Part shown: one piece after another, positions 28,095 through 40,700 of the stretch
Layout of the letters: each line of letters opens with the position of its first letter
Position numbering within the stretch: the stretch's first letter is position 1
Assembly (NCBI GenBank): GCA_017654855.1
Contig: CM030332.1
Coordinates: forward strand, 992,001-1,056,000
Origin: Podospora anserina
Lineage: Eukaryota
Length of the DNA stretch: 64,000 nucleotides
Reading direction: 5' to 3'
The notes under the pieces: generated by a model
The model's input: the letters and a program-made list of their open reading frames with translations, nothing else
What the model was told of the DNA's origin: nothing
Databases searched by the model: none
Program-made: the position numbers and the translations under genes

Positions 28095-28822
28095 GGTGGC
28101 CTCTTCAGTATCGGTTTCCATGAACCCACCACCAGCAAAGAGAAGATAAGAAGTTGTATGTATTGACCGTGAAGATGATCTGGACAGCACAGCTCAAGAC
28201 ATCTCCCAAACCCCTTTTCTCCCACCTAGCTTACCAGTTCTGGTCCAAACTCTAACATACCTATTTTCAACGGAGACCATCCCGGTGCTCTTCCAGGTCA
28301 TACTGGTATGCTATGCAGCTGCATTGCTCGGCCATTGCGTCAGCAACGGAGCAGAACATTGGTACAGACCGAGTCATGGGTGAAAAGGGGTAGCATTACG
28401 GCTGAATAGATGGCTGGTGTTTGATTGTTACATAATCTCACTCATTCCCAGAAAAGTCAAGAGGATGAATAGATGTCAAGAGGTGAAGTTGAAGCTGGAC
28501 ATCGAACCCTGGAAATCAACATTGAATCCATACCCCCTTGCAAGGATCCCCACAGTGTGATTCGCGGGGAAGGACGAAAACAAGTGGGCCGTGCCGCAAC
28601 GCGCCAAGCCCGCATCCCTGAACCGTTCCGTCAGCTGCAACAGCTGCTGTCCGGATTCCAACCTCGGCTCTCTGAGTGCATCGACCGACCGCCCGGACCG
28701 ACAGAAGCCATTCATTATCATGGGCGCATAGGGGGAAATGTGAAAGGAGCACCTTACGATATGCGTTTCCACCCAATAAACAAACGCCCATCTTCACTCA
28801 GCCTCGTTCAAACACCAATGCG

Positions 28823-30487
28823 ATGAGCGATTCCAAGCCCCCCAAAGACAGCAGCAGCCCCAGCGCAGCGGTCCCGGATGTCGCTGCTGCTGCTGCATCA
28901 TCAACACCAACACCAGCACCAGTGGCAATAACACCCCCTTCCAACCCCCAATCAGCCCACTCCTTCGCCCAAGCCCAGCAACGCCTCATTGCCCGCCGAC
29001 AAACCCGCGATGCTCAAGAAGCAGCCCGAGTAGCAGCCCAACAATCTGAATCCCAACTCCGCGCACGCATCGCCGCCTCCCAATCCCCTCTCCTCCGACG
29101 GCTCGGCGCGTCGACACTTTCACTGTGGGATACCATCTCCAGCCGGGAGGGCACTCGCCCAGCCTTCCGCGTCGGCCAAGTAGACGCCGAACTCCTCGAT
29201 GAGGAACTGGTCGAGCTGATGAAAGGACAAGTAGGGGAGGCGGTTCGGTACTACGGTGGTGGGGGAGGAGGAGACAACAATATCAAACATGAGTGGGACG
29301 CCGAGATATCGCTTGCCCTGAGGGCCGTGATATTCAAGCTTACCATTTGGGATCATGACGCGACGTATGGTGCTGCGCTGCAGAATTTGAAATACACAGA
29401 CGCCAGACACACGGGGAGTGTCTTGGTGCCGCCGAGCAAGTGGCAGAAGGGGTTGTATGGGTTGATGACGGTGGGAGGGAGGTACATGTGGTCAAAGTGG
29501 GAGAACTGGCTTAGGGAGCAGGATGGTGGTTATGATGAGCCGAGCCCGACGGTGCAGCGGCTCTCGAGCATGACGGACAGACTGTCGACGCTTCACGCCG
29601 CCGCTTCGTTTGCGTCGTTCTTAGTCTTCTTGTTACAAGGCCGCTACAGGACGCTTTTGGACCGGGTACTGCGCATGAGGCTCGCTCCGCCTACCAGCCA
29701 GGTTAGCCGCGAGGTGTCGTTTGAGTATCTCAACCGCCAGCTGGTGTGGCACGCCTTCACCGAGTTTTTGCTGTTCGTGCTGCCGCTGGTGGGAATCAAC
29801 CGCTGGAGGCGCTGGCTGGCACGGACGTGGCGGAAAACCAAAAAGATTATGAGCACAACAGGTGGTGAAGGCGCCGAGGAGAAGAAGGGTGAATTTGCCT
29901 TCTTGCCAGAACGGACATGCGCCATCTGCTACCAGGATCAGAACCAGGCAACAAACGAGAACGAGCTCATGGCTGCGGCTACTTCCAAGACTGGTGTGGT
30001 CGGATCGGCGCAGACTGATGTCACGAACCCTTACGAAACCATCCCATGTGGATGCGTCTACTGCTTTGTATGCTTGGCGACAAGAATCGAAAGGGAGGAA
30101 GGGGAAGGTTGGAACTGCTTGCGGTGCGGCGAGCTCGTCAAGGAGTGCAAGCCATGGAGTGGAGATGTGTTGGAGCACGAGTCAAAATCACCAGCTCAGA
30201 AGACGGTTGTGTTTGCAGATGATGTCAAGGATGCCTCCGACGATGAGCAGGAGAACTCGCAGGTCTTGGTCCAGCAAGAGGATGACGATGAATACCCAGA
30301 AGAGGAAGGTGAAGAGGGGGGGGAGGAGGAGGAGGAGGAGGAAGAGGGAAGTAGAAGTCTGGAAGACCTTCGGACAGAGTCAGCTAGCGAAGAATCCTCA
30401 GAACAGGAGGCTGACTCTGAGGGTGACGAATCGGAAGACTATGAGGCGGAGGAGGAAGAGTTAGGAGCGGATCTTGATGAGGACTAG
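28823..30487 (+). CDS. PEX2: Peroxin-2 RING peroxin (Podospora car1), 554 aa, intronless
   Basis: FRVGQVDAELLDEEL, TYGAALQNLKY, REVSFEYLNRQLVWHAFTEFLLF, a split RING (CAIC...CGCVYCFVC...CLRC) and a long acidic tail. Confidence 0.96.
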   Translation: MSDSKPPKDSSSPSAAVPDVAAAAASSTPTPAPVAITPPSNPQSAHSFAQAQQRLIARRQTRDAQEAARVAAQQSESQLRARIAASQSPLLRRLGASTLSLWDTISSREGTRPAFRVGQVDAELLDEELVELMKGQVGEAVRYYGGGGGGDNNIKHEWDAEISLALRAVIFKLTIWDHDATYGAALQNLKYTDARHTGSVLVPPSKWQKGLYGLMTVGGRYMWSKWENWLREQDGGYDEPSPTVQRLSSMTDRLSTLHAAASFASFLVFLLQGRYRTLLDRVLRMRLAPPTSQVSREVSFEYLNRQLVWHAFTEFLLFVLPLVGINRWRRWLARTWRKTKKIMSTTGGEGAEEKKGEFAFLPERTCAICYQDQNQATNENELMAAATSKTGVVGSAQTDVTNPYETIPCGCVYCFVCLATRIEREEGEGWNCLRCGELVKECKPWSGDVLEHESKSPAQKTVVFADDVKDASDDEQENSQVLVQQEDDDEYPEEEGEEGGEEEEEEEEGSRSLEDLRTESASEESSEQEADSEGDESEDYEAEEEELGADLDED

Positions 30488-31445
30488 TATTGTAGTAAGC
30501 ATAGCGTGTGTGTTGTAAATAATGATGATACCTTAAGTATGCAAGTGCTAAGTTGTGAACATGATAGATCAAAAACGTTTGCGGTGGAGGAAAGAAGAAG
30601 AAAAAAGTATGGTTACCAAAAAGAATCGAATCTGGGTGTCCAGAGGTTTCCAAAGATTAGAATGGGAGCATTGTAGGCCAACTCACGGTCACATCCGGTA
30701 AAAGGCAGGAAATGAGTGCGTTGCTGAGCTGGCCTGCTCCGACAATCACCGCCAGAAAGTGGGCTTATAACCCAACTGATGCTTTGCTGGCCGTGCTTTC
30801 CTTTCCTTGAGACGTGGTGCCCTCACCGACAACCGTTGACCTCATCATCAGCAGTGGCTTTCTCCACACGACTCGACCCCCACAGCAGTTGGGGAATCCC
30901 CGCAATTGGTGCAGCATTGCCTGCCCGGAAGCGAGGAAACAGGGGGTCTGCGGTAGATAACAAGCATCCCTGCCACATCTGGGCCGCGATAAGCACCACC
31001 ACAGCCAACAGCCAGCGACCCAGGATTGGACCCCGAATCTCGCGTGACACAGGGCCAAAATCAACCAACAATTCATATGTAAAACAACAGAGGGCTGTGG
31101 TGACGGCATTCTATGGCCAAAAATACAATCCTCCAAGGTGCTACCACTCGACGCGGGCGCGCTCGTTTTTCTGTTTCTAGACACCAAAAACGCTGCGACA
31201 TCGCAAATCTGCACCCAAGAAACCCCAATAAGTGGATTCTGAACAACTCATAGGCCTAACCAACCACCCACTTTACGCGCTTGTTGCGCTTCCAGTCCCT
31301 CTCCTCGACAGTTCACGATACTAATCATCAGTCTTTGCAACGAATACGACATGCCTCTGTTATGACTGTGTCAGCGTCTATACCAGCAACAAAAATAGAC
31401 TCCAAAAACTTTATTATTTCACCAACACCAAAAACCACCAAGTAG

Positions 31446-33741
31446 ATGGGAATATCCTCCAGCAAACCCCCACCACCACCACCCCCAGGCGGAGGTATAA
31501 GCGGGGCAAACTGGCACAACAGCAACCACTACCACTACAACAACTACCAAAGTAATAGTAATACCCCCTGCGACGACAACAACAACAACCGGCGATTGCT
31601 CAGACCAAAACGACCCCGAGTAAAATCCGGGTCTTCCCTCCCAACCTCCCAAACACCAGTGACCCAGCCCACTATGCCCTCCTTCTTCTCCTTCGAGCAA
31701 GGATCCGAACGCACCCAAAACGTCCGCTTCTTCAACGGCGAATCCTCCCCTCTCCTCGGCCGGTTCCGCGCTGTTCCTCGACCAAACACCACCTTTGGCG
31801 GCCCTCATAGGACGAACACGGGCGGTAGCATCAGTAGTATTGGTAGCGGTCCGACAGGTGGGAGGGCGAGGCACTACCACCCGCCACGAGGAGGAGCGCA
31901 GGCTGGGATAATAAATGAGCCCGGGTGGAGGGGCAGTGTTCATGTGGGCTATGGGGCTATCGTAGCTGCTGAGGCCGAGGCGGAGGAGGAGGCCGGGGAC
32001 GGGGATGATGAGGCGGAGAGTGACTCGGATGATTCCCAGGGCCCGGGGTGGAGGAGGATGGGGAAGGGGACCAGGAGGTTGAGGAGGGTGATGAGACGGA
32101 TGAGGGATACGTGGGTTGATCCCAAGGCGGGAGTGGTGAGGAGGCTGGTGGACGTTTGGTGGAGCAGATGGGCTGTGCTGGTGGTGCTACCTGCTAGTTT
32201 GGCTGTGGCATGGTGCGCGATACCATTCCCGCAGTACCCCCTCCCGTGGGACGACGACGACAACTCTGGAGTACCTGGGCAGGCCCCTAGCGGGAAGGTA
32301 CCCGGTCACGGAGCAGCAAGGGTGCAGGTCAACTTTTGGTTCTTTTTGTTTGTCTACTACAGCTTCTACAACCTGACGGCCTTGATTTGGATCACCAAGG
32401 TTTTCAACATTTACAGCCTCAACTGGTGGCCGCAGTCTCTCGGCTTTCCTGTCACTGTCTCCGCCATCGCCATCCTGTCGCTTGCGGCGCCGCTACCGCT
32501 CTACCTGGTTCCTGAGGCGAGATGGCTGACGGCGCACAACACGGTGTGGATCTCGTGGACATTCTGCATCATGGCCATGCCCGTCGCCATCGCCTTTTTC
32601 ATTCTCTTGACCAACGAGCGCCATCTTGGCCTCCGCCATTCTTTGTCAGAGACTCAACGCATCTTCACCTCATCCTGGTGGACGGGCGAGCGTGAAGACA
32701 CCATTTCCAGGAGAGAAAGACGTCAGCGCGCTGCCCTGGACCCAAGCGCATTCGATCCTAACGCTGATCCTTCGCAAATCGGGTACAACGACGCTCGATA
32801 CCAGCCCCGAGCGCGCAGGATAAGACGGCGGTGGTTACCGGCCAGCTTTGTCAGATTTGTCTGGTTCTGTCTCGCGTTGTTGATCGGCTTGCTGGCCTAT
32901 GTTATTGGAGAGGCCTATGCCGAGATTTACCTCCGGACGCTGCCGCATAACAACTTGGAGACGATTGTGTATGTGTATGGCTGGATCTCGACCGTTCACC
33001 TGCTCGACGGGTTGACGGGGTGGATTTTGGGCGGGCAGGAGGGGGAGAGGGTGGGGAGTTACCCCCTGAGTTGGATTTTCAAGCTGTAAGTTTTTTGTTG
33101 CGCTCCATCCAATTTTTATTTTTTTTTGGTTGCGTGATACTGATATTTTTTTCTTTTTGGCTGTAAAAAGATACTTTATGCTCACGTACCAAACCTACGT
33201 CCGCGCCCTATACGCCCGCCTCCGCGATCCCAAACAGTTCATGTACCTCCAGATCCTGTCATCAACCAGCCTCATCGTCGTGACCCCCATTCTGATGTCC
33301 CGCTCAGTCCACTGGGTGTTCTCCATCCTCGGACTAAACGGGCAGTCGTATGGCTCCTACCAAAAGATTTGCATACGCAACGTCTTCATCCGCTTCATGG
33401 CCGAGAACGCGTCCATGCTCGCCTTTTTGGGGAGCGTGGTGGTGTTGCACTTTGGGGCGAACAAGGATGTGTACCCGTACTTTTCGTTTGACGGCGTGGA
33501 CGAGACGGAGCAGTACACGTTTAACCTGACGTTCAAGGCGTCGAGCATCACTTGGGCGTGCGAGCTGGCGGCGAGCTTTGTCGTGGCGGGGCTGATCAGG
33601 TTGATTTATGGGGTTAGTGTGGTGGTGGAGGGGAAGCTGGACTTTGCGGTTTGGCCGGAGCTGTTGCCGACGGCGGTGGCGGTGACGCTGCATGTGCTGC
33701 AGAATATGTTGTTTTCGATCGTGAGGTTGCAGTTTAGATGA
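31446..33741 (+). CDS. Uncharacterised polytopic membrane protein; exons 31446-33085, 33171-33741
   Basis: Many hydrophobic helices (e.g. WAVLVVLPASLAVAWCAIPFP, FWFFLFVYYSFYNLTALIWI, FVWFCLALLIGLLAYVIG). The GTAAGT...AAG intron joins IFKL|YFMLTYQ in frame. A second possible ATG is at 31674. Confidence 0.85.
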
Positions 33742-34209
33742 GGGTGTGGGAGAAGGTGGGTTGGTTTATGAAAGTATGTGGATATGGCAAGAGTAATTTT
33801 GTACACGGATGAGTAAAAGAGTGTATGAACGGGTTGACGGTATGGGTTTGTTTATAAAGGGGGAGGGAACTTTGGCTTGTTTTTTTCCGTGCATGGTTTG
33901 CATGATACCCCCCACTTTTCTTTTTTACTTTTTTCTTTTTAGTTCTCTCGTTTTTGAGCATTTTCAAACAGAGTTAGAGCGCAAGTTATTCATGGAGAGT
34001 ATGAATAGTCATGAGGAGTATATATGAGAGATATGAGTTATGTATATATGACGAGCTAAGAATACTTTTTTCTTGCGATTTGGTGATTTCTACGCTAATG
34101 AATACTCTGTTGGTATAACACGGAGAGCCTGCTCCTTGTTCTTTACAGTGTGCTGAAAAATATTGAACAAAAGAATTGAAGAAAAAACAACCCGACCACA
34201 GAATAATGT

Positions 34210-35952
34210 CTAGGCACCTCTAACCTTCTTCTTCTTTGACCCCCGCGGACTGTCCTGGGCACTTCCCAGCGAGGCCGTCCGTTTCGAGCCTGCAGTCGCA
34301 CCTCGAGTGCTCCCTCTCCCACGAGCGGCACCCCCTCTACCAGGCCGGGAAGAGCTAGGGAGCTCGGGTGTGAGAAACTGCGGACTGTTTGAGCCCCCAA
34401 CTGGTGTCGTACGCTTTGGCCCTTCCTCCTCCGTAGGCGTTTGAACAAACAGCGGTAGTGGTGGTGGAACCTGAGGCTCGTCCATAGGAGGCGTCTGGCT
34501 CCTCCGCCTTGAACTCTCCCCCGCATTGGCAGCATGACGAACAGCCTTGTGGCTCCTCATCCGGGATATCAAGCCCCGCATGTTGGCGACATATGTCGTC
34601 GGAGCCCCATGACGGCCGAGCAACTCCATGATACCCTCCAGCTCCTCAATGAACTGGCTCTGGTCGACGAGAAGCTCAAGGGCGCTGTAGACAAAGCCCC
34701 TGTCGTGGTTTCCAACCAGACGCATAAAAAGATTTCGATCGTCCGGTGTGTCGCCGCCGTGCGAGTCGACGTTTCGGCTGACGACTGCCTTTAGGATGCT
34801 CACCAGCGAGCGGGCTGCCGAGGCTCGGGCTGGTTCAGACAATGGATCCGATCCGCGAGAGACGAGCAGCTCGATTTTGCGGACACAGTGTTGGACCTGC
34901 GTAGCTGCCCAGTGGACATCGCGTGGACCTTCGACAGTCTTTTCTTTTTGAGAACGAACCGAGGTGGCGGGTGTGTTTTGGAGAGAGGAGGAGTAGGTCT
35001 CGAGCTCGGAAAGAATTCGGGATACCCGCCGTTCCATGGCCCGGAAAGGCTCAACGGCTGGACCCGATGACTCCAACTCTGTCCGAACCCACTCAGAAAG
35101 CGAATGCGAGGACAAAAGGAGAGAAAAAAGGGTGGCCTCGAGGTCGCCACGACGTATTGGTGACGTGTAGTGTGAAGTCCCAAGATCTGGTCTGTAGGTG
35201 TCAAGCTCTTGGGATTGCACACCAGCTAGTGCCGCAACCATCTCGCGAGCCTCTTGTATTCGTGAACGCGATGGATCTGAGGTGTCGTTGTCTGGGTCAA
35301 AGGTATCACAATGAAGGTCGTCGGCAAGAATGTCGAGGCGGATGCGAGAGATCTGGTCGAAAGGATCTTGAAGTTGCTCAGGATACCCATACTCGGTGAG
35401 AGTAAGGCTGGCTTCAAGGTCGTGGTCGAAGAGGGCTTGTTTCGATATCCTGTCAAACAACCAGATAAGGTGTTTGCAGGGTTTTTGGTTCCGGTATCTG
35501 GCGTCGGGGCACTCGCAGCGAGGTGTTGAGTACGTCTTGCTGTTTTTTGAGCCAATTCGAATAGAGCATGGTACCGTTTCCTGCATCTGGAATGCGTAGA
35601 AGAAGCCACCCTCGGCGTCATCTTCCTCTTTTATGCCGCACAACTCTAGAGATATCTGTGGTGGTCCCGGTGTCGAGACCTGATGGTATAGTCCTCGAAC
35701 CATCTGCTGGGTTTTGTGCGGTAGTTGTGAGATATCATATCTGAAACCACTCGGTGATGATATCACACCTCGGTCGCTGTCATCATCATCTTCCTCCTCG
35801 TCCTCCTCCCACTCATTTGTGTCGTCATGTCGTTCGGATCCGGACATGGAGGGGTTAGTCCTCGGTGATTGAGTCGGAAATCTGGCCTGTGCCATTGTTG
35901 GTGTACCTTCAAGAGAAAGCATGCTCATGCCCGTAGTGGGGGAGATGGACAT
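34210..35952 (-). CDS. SWIM zinc-finger protein, 580 aa
   Basis: CxC-x(n)-CxH motif PRCECPDARYRNQKPCKHLIWL. Acidic N-terminal patch, RGG-like segment and a basic NLS-like C-terminus (SKKKKVRGA). Confidence 0.85.
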   Translation of the reverse strand: MSISPTTGMSMLSLEGTPTMAQARFPTQSPRTNPSMSGSERHDDTNEWEEDEEEDDDDSDRGVISSPSGFRYDISQLPHKTQQMVRGLYHQVSTPGPPQISLELCGIKEEDDAEGGFFYAFQMQETVPCSIRIGSKNSKTYSTPRCECPDARYRNQKPCKHLIWLFDRISKQALFDHDLEASLTLTEYGYPEQLQDPFDQISRIRLDILADDLHCDTFDPDNDTSDPSRSRIQEAREMVAALAGVQSQELDTYRPDLGTSHYTSPIRRGDLEATLFSLLLSSHSLSEWVRTELESSGPAVEPFRAMERRVSRILSELETYSSSLQNTPATSVRSQKEKTVEGPRDVHWAATQVQHCVRKIELLVSRGSDPLSEPARASAARSLVSILKAVVSRNVDSHGGDTPDDRNLFMRLVGNHDRGFVYSALELLVDQSQFIEELEGIMELLGRHGAPTTYVANMRGLISRMRSHKAVRHAANAGESSRRRSQTPPMDEPQVPPPLPLFVQTPTEEEGPKRTTPVGGSNSPQFLTPELPSSSRPGRGGAARGRGSTRGATAGSKRTASLGSAQDSPRGSKKKKVRGA

Positions 35953-37711
35953 TGAAAGCAGTCAAGCTAAGAAAGAAAGGCAGAACACGGAGTGATGATG
36001 TGTGTCAAACCGGGCCAGAAACATCAGAGCAGCGTGTGATGTCACAGCAACCGGGAAGGAACTTCTTTATGTGATTGGCAAAGGGGCTGAGGTAGTAGCG
36101 TCGACGACGATAGTCATGGTGATGAAGAGCCCATACATGCGGCCCAGTGCTGCGCTGGGATTTGACTGTGGACCGGATCGACAGACGCACAAAAGGATAG
36201 GACAGGCCGCCAGCGAGATAATGACAAGATAGCCGCGAGGACAGAAAGGGGAAGGCCAACTAGGTCTCGGGAGGGGAGGGCAGGACACTTCTTTTCATGG
36301 ACACCGAGCCCCGAGCCGAATGCTTGTTGGAAGTGAGTCGTCCATGGTCATAGATCCAAGGAATGTAACTTGTCCCAGCATTCTCGGGTCGGGCCCCTAT
36401 TTGCAGCAACTCGCATGTACCCGTCATTGCTAACCCCCATGGAGGCGGGGATGTAAATCGCACCAGGCAGCCTTCCCTGCTAGCCGAAGGCCAGAGTACG
36501 AGCGAGACACAAAGAATACGGGACTGTTGGAAGCAAAAGCCAAGTGATTGCTTAGCATCGCTGCGGCTTAGATTTCGCTAGAAAACTGATGAAACCTCAA
36601 GATCGGGTGAAGCTATATTCGGGAAGGAGTCTGACGGATTCCATCTCAAGTTGTCAAGCGGGAAGAGAGCCCAAGGATCCGGCAGTTGGAGGGGCCTGTC
36701 GCAAGCTGGGTCAAACTCGATGATACCATGTGTGTCGGTGATGGACAAACGTGCCAAAGGGCAGCTTTCCAGTCGTCTGCTCGGCTGCTGTTTGTGGCTT
36801 CACTGCAGGAAAGGAGTCGAAGGATGGATGGTGTGGGAGTTGATGGTGCCAAGACAGGCCCCCAAGGCCCACAAGGCCTGATTCTGGGCCGCGTTGAGTG
36901 GCTCGTGCCTCAGCCACGCCTTCTCTTACACCCCATTGGTTGGAATTAGCGGATGTATCGTCAGCCCTGTGACCCCTGTTCTACTGTTTCTCTCAAGCCC
37001 CAAAGCCACAACCTTTTGATGTTGGTCCGTCCTCCGAACGAACTGCCCGGTACTCCTACAATGCAAATCAGCCTTGCCTTGCCAATTGCGACAAGTCTTC
37101 CTATCGATTACAAGAGCACCTATTATGCGGCCGCTTTTCCCGGCCCTCCTCAACCGTCCCATCGCCGTTTGGACTTAGCATTTATCGCCAGGCCTCTCGA
37201 TCTTGCGATCTTCACCCATCCGCTCCAAGCCCCCTTTCCCACATAATAGCGCCAACAGACTTCTAGAATATTGTACATGTCACGTCACCACTGTTCCAGT
37301 CCAAGAATGGCGCACGCAGACGACTGGGGTCAGGTGACTTACCACCTCACTTGCCGTCGATTCATGTCAACACTTCCCAGCCATTTCAAGTTCTCCGCGT
37401 TTCCCGAGGCGCCCCTTCATCCCGAGAATGCTTCGCCTCAAAAGAACCGACTAACGCAAAAAGAATAGGGTAAACTTATCAACACAGTAAAAACGATCAG
37501 CCTTGGATCCGTTCGTCCACTGTGTCGGCAGCACCGTGTTGAGGGTGGTTTACTTGAGGCCATCTTCACATGTCGAGGCATCCCATATTGCCCCTGGGTC
37601 AGGTAATGAGCAATATTGGGACATATCATCAATGACGGGTTCTAGCCAATGAATTCACATCATCAACATCTTCCAGAAGAGAGCGGTTACGCTCGCCTAT
37701 CGCGTCAAGGC

Positions 37712-37759
37712 CGGCCTCAAAAATCGGCCTCAAAAATCGGCCTTAAAAACCGGCCCTCA
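37712..37759. repeat. 13-bp tandem repeat CGGCCTCAAAAAT, about 3.6 copies
   Basis: cggcctcaaaaat cggcctcaaaaat cggccttaaaaac cggccctca, read directly. Confidence 0.85.
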
Positions 37760-40700
37760 GGGCCAACATCTAGCTCCACCGGGCCGTTATCTCCCCACAA
37801 CTCCCGCTTCCCTGGAGATCACTAGAAAATGAGTTGAAGTTTGGAATTTTCATCTATATCCAATCATAGTCTACGGCGAGCACTACCGGCGGCGTGCCCC
37901 TTTCGGTTGTAATTGACGCGAGTCATCGCCAAGTCTGCGCCGCAGGAGCTGTCTGCACCTGGAAAAGGAGTCAAATGAAACCCCGGGGACTCCACGATGT
38001 TCTTGATTGTAAGAGGATACCACCGCCTTGGGACAAGAGATTACACCTTGCTGGCAAGCAGCTTTTGTCGGCCGCTGCAAATCAACCCCTGAGTCCATCG
38101 GAGAAGCTCTGCCGGTCTCTCCAAGCTTCATAGACAGTGCCCAACTTCATATGAATCAACCAAGGCTTAGGAATCCACACGTAAAATATTTGCTTGCTAA
38201 CCATGTGGTTGAACGGCAACAGACATATGTTCGATTTCCAAGATATTGCTCCTGTGCCTCACGGGAGCGCCCGGGAGTCCGAGACAGTTGTGAAGGCACC
38301 CGACTGGTCGTACCCCGCCCGTAGGGCTGATGATATCACTGCATTTCATGTCCTTCCTGCAAGGTTCGTGTTGTGCTCCCTTCATGCAGATATCAGAGCT
38401 TCCCGCAATTCTCGAAGTCTCCGACCCGCTCAGGACTGCAAGCGCTTCCCCCCTTATTAGTCAGTTCACGGGGGATCACCGGAGACAAAGATGAAATCTT
38501 CACGTCATCAAGGGTCTCAAACAACTCGACAGCAACCAGCAGACCCGAACCGATATGTCACTCGGTTTGATCAACCAAAAGTTTGATCCCGAGGTGCGGT
38601 GACACAACCACCAGCCTTGACAAGCAAAGTATGTTTGTCACTGGCCGGCTCGCCTGTCAAAAGAACAATTTGTCACACGTAGTTGACATACCTGACAAGG
38701 TCAGGATTCAGCCTTGCAAGTCCCTTTTGGGAAGGCTACATCTGATTGGTCAGCGCCGGACATGCCCGGCTTTTTCGGGAGATGTAAATTCGGGGGAAGG
38801 ACACATGCGACCAGACCCGGGGATATGGTAACGGAGAGCCAAGAAGTGTAAACACCACCTCCCCGACTGCCCGATTCAACGAAACTTTCTGTATAGCTAG
38901 CTTCTCGTCGTGTGGTTTGCTCCGCCTCGTGATCATAGGCGGCCGATGGTGATGCAGGAGAATGTGACTATTTTCATCAGGTTGTCGATGTCCCGGCCGA
39001 GAGGAGGAGATTTGACACCCTACAGTGCTTCGGCATGTCCGTTGTAGTGAAACCGCAACACCGAGGAGGGAGCCCATGCTCATTCTCTTCTGTAATGTCT
39101 TTGGGCTTCATTGGGTCATTGCTACTTAGCCCAATTCATCACCCTGGTCACTGGCCGATGCGTTCACCAACTAGGTGGTTACCAAGGATACAGCTCTCCC
39201 AGATACACTCATCAGTAACCAATTTGATACATGCACCATCACCCTCTCATCACACCGCACAGGCAGAAGCACCGCACCAGGGAACTAAGTAAGCCACCTC
39301 ACTCACCTCCGCTCTAGACCAACATAACTCACACACCACCGCTCACCAAAAAATACTTTGTTTGAGCAGAAAGATATACACTCTCATATTAGCTTCCTTA
39401 TCAACAACCAATCCAATCCAACTACCACACCACCCCCCTGATCACACCGAGAAGTGCCCATCTATCTTGTACTCACCTCACCGCTGACCTTGCTGTCACC
39501 AGACAGACCATCGCTCCTTTTGATCACCGATTCCCCCTCCTCACCCTCCCATCCCAAACAGGCACCCACCGAGACCCCTTTCTAACCTGCTCCATTTCAT
39601 TCTCACATCAGGATGTATTCCAACACATGTCTCTTTAATCATAGACTCTCTTTGACAATAATATCTCCTGAGGCATAGAATCTCCTCAGGTCCAAAGTCA
39701 GGTGGTTTAAGTCATGGAGAGAAAGGTGCCGAGTAGATAGCCTGCTCCATAAGCAACGGATCAAAGAACCCAACCTAGACGAGGAATCTTTAGCTGCTTT
39801 TCACGTCAGACTTACCGCGACGAATGAGGCTCATGGGTGTTTACCTTCAAAGAACAGAACTTCCGGGAACACCACATTGGCCATTGCATCGTCACCAGAT
39901 ACCCCTAGAGAGAGCTGAGAGAGCCTAGCCATTGTAATGAAGCCATGCTGCTGGACCAGAGCTTTGACCAAAGCTCGTGTCACAGGATGAAAAGAACTCT
40001 GAGCTGCTTCTTGATAAACAAGTTGACCATTCACAGACACACAGTTCATCAAAAGCATCAAGGTCAGTAGTAGTGATACTCCAATTACTACCTCTTGCCC
40101 CCCCCCCCTTACCCCCCTTAATCCCTACAGCATATCCCAAATGCCTCTTACAAGAGTAATCTCCACGTATATGCAAACAATAAACCCAACCCAACCCAAC
40201 CAAAACAGTGTACCTTACACTTCAACAGAAAACCCCCCTCCCTCCCTCCCTTGCCTTCCAAGCTCAAGAAACCCAAGCCCATTATATAACCCCCCTTTCC
40301 CTGTCCCGTAAACGCCAGAAACCTCTCCTTCATCAACCAGCATAGCAAGAACCCCCCCTAAAAACCCCTTGCCCATCCTCCCACAAGCGAATCACCGCCA
40401 TAGGCGAGAGAAGATACGATACCTAAAACAACAAGGCACAAAAGGGCAGGAGAGCCCCCCTCCACTGCAATCCAGAGTCGAGAGAAGTATAAAAAACAAA
40501 CAACCCGCTTTCCCATCAATCCCAATTCACACAGCCCACCCCAACACTCCCCGCCCACCAAACAAACCCAGATTTTTCTAAAACTCAACAACGCCCAAGC
40601 TCTCTCTTGCCCCGCTAAACTAAACAGAACCAAATGCATGCCCAGTGTCGCAAAGTCAAAGTCGTGCCATGCTAGTTGAATGATAAATTGAAAAAAAACG

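Noticed and set aside
28676-28822. 49-aa N-terminal extension of PEX2 in the ORF track
   Set aside because: It starts at GTG. The first in-frame ATG is 28823.
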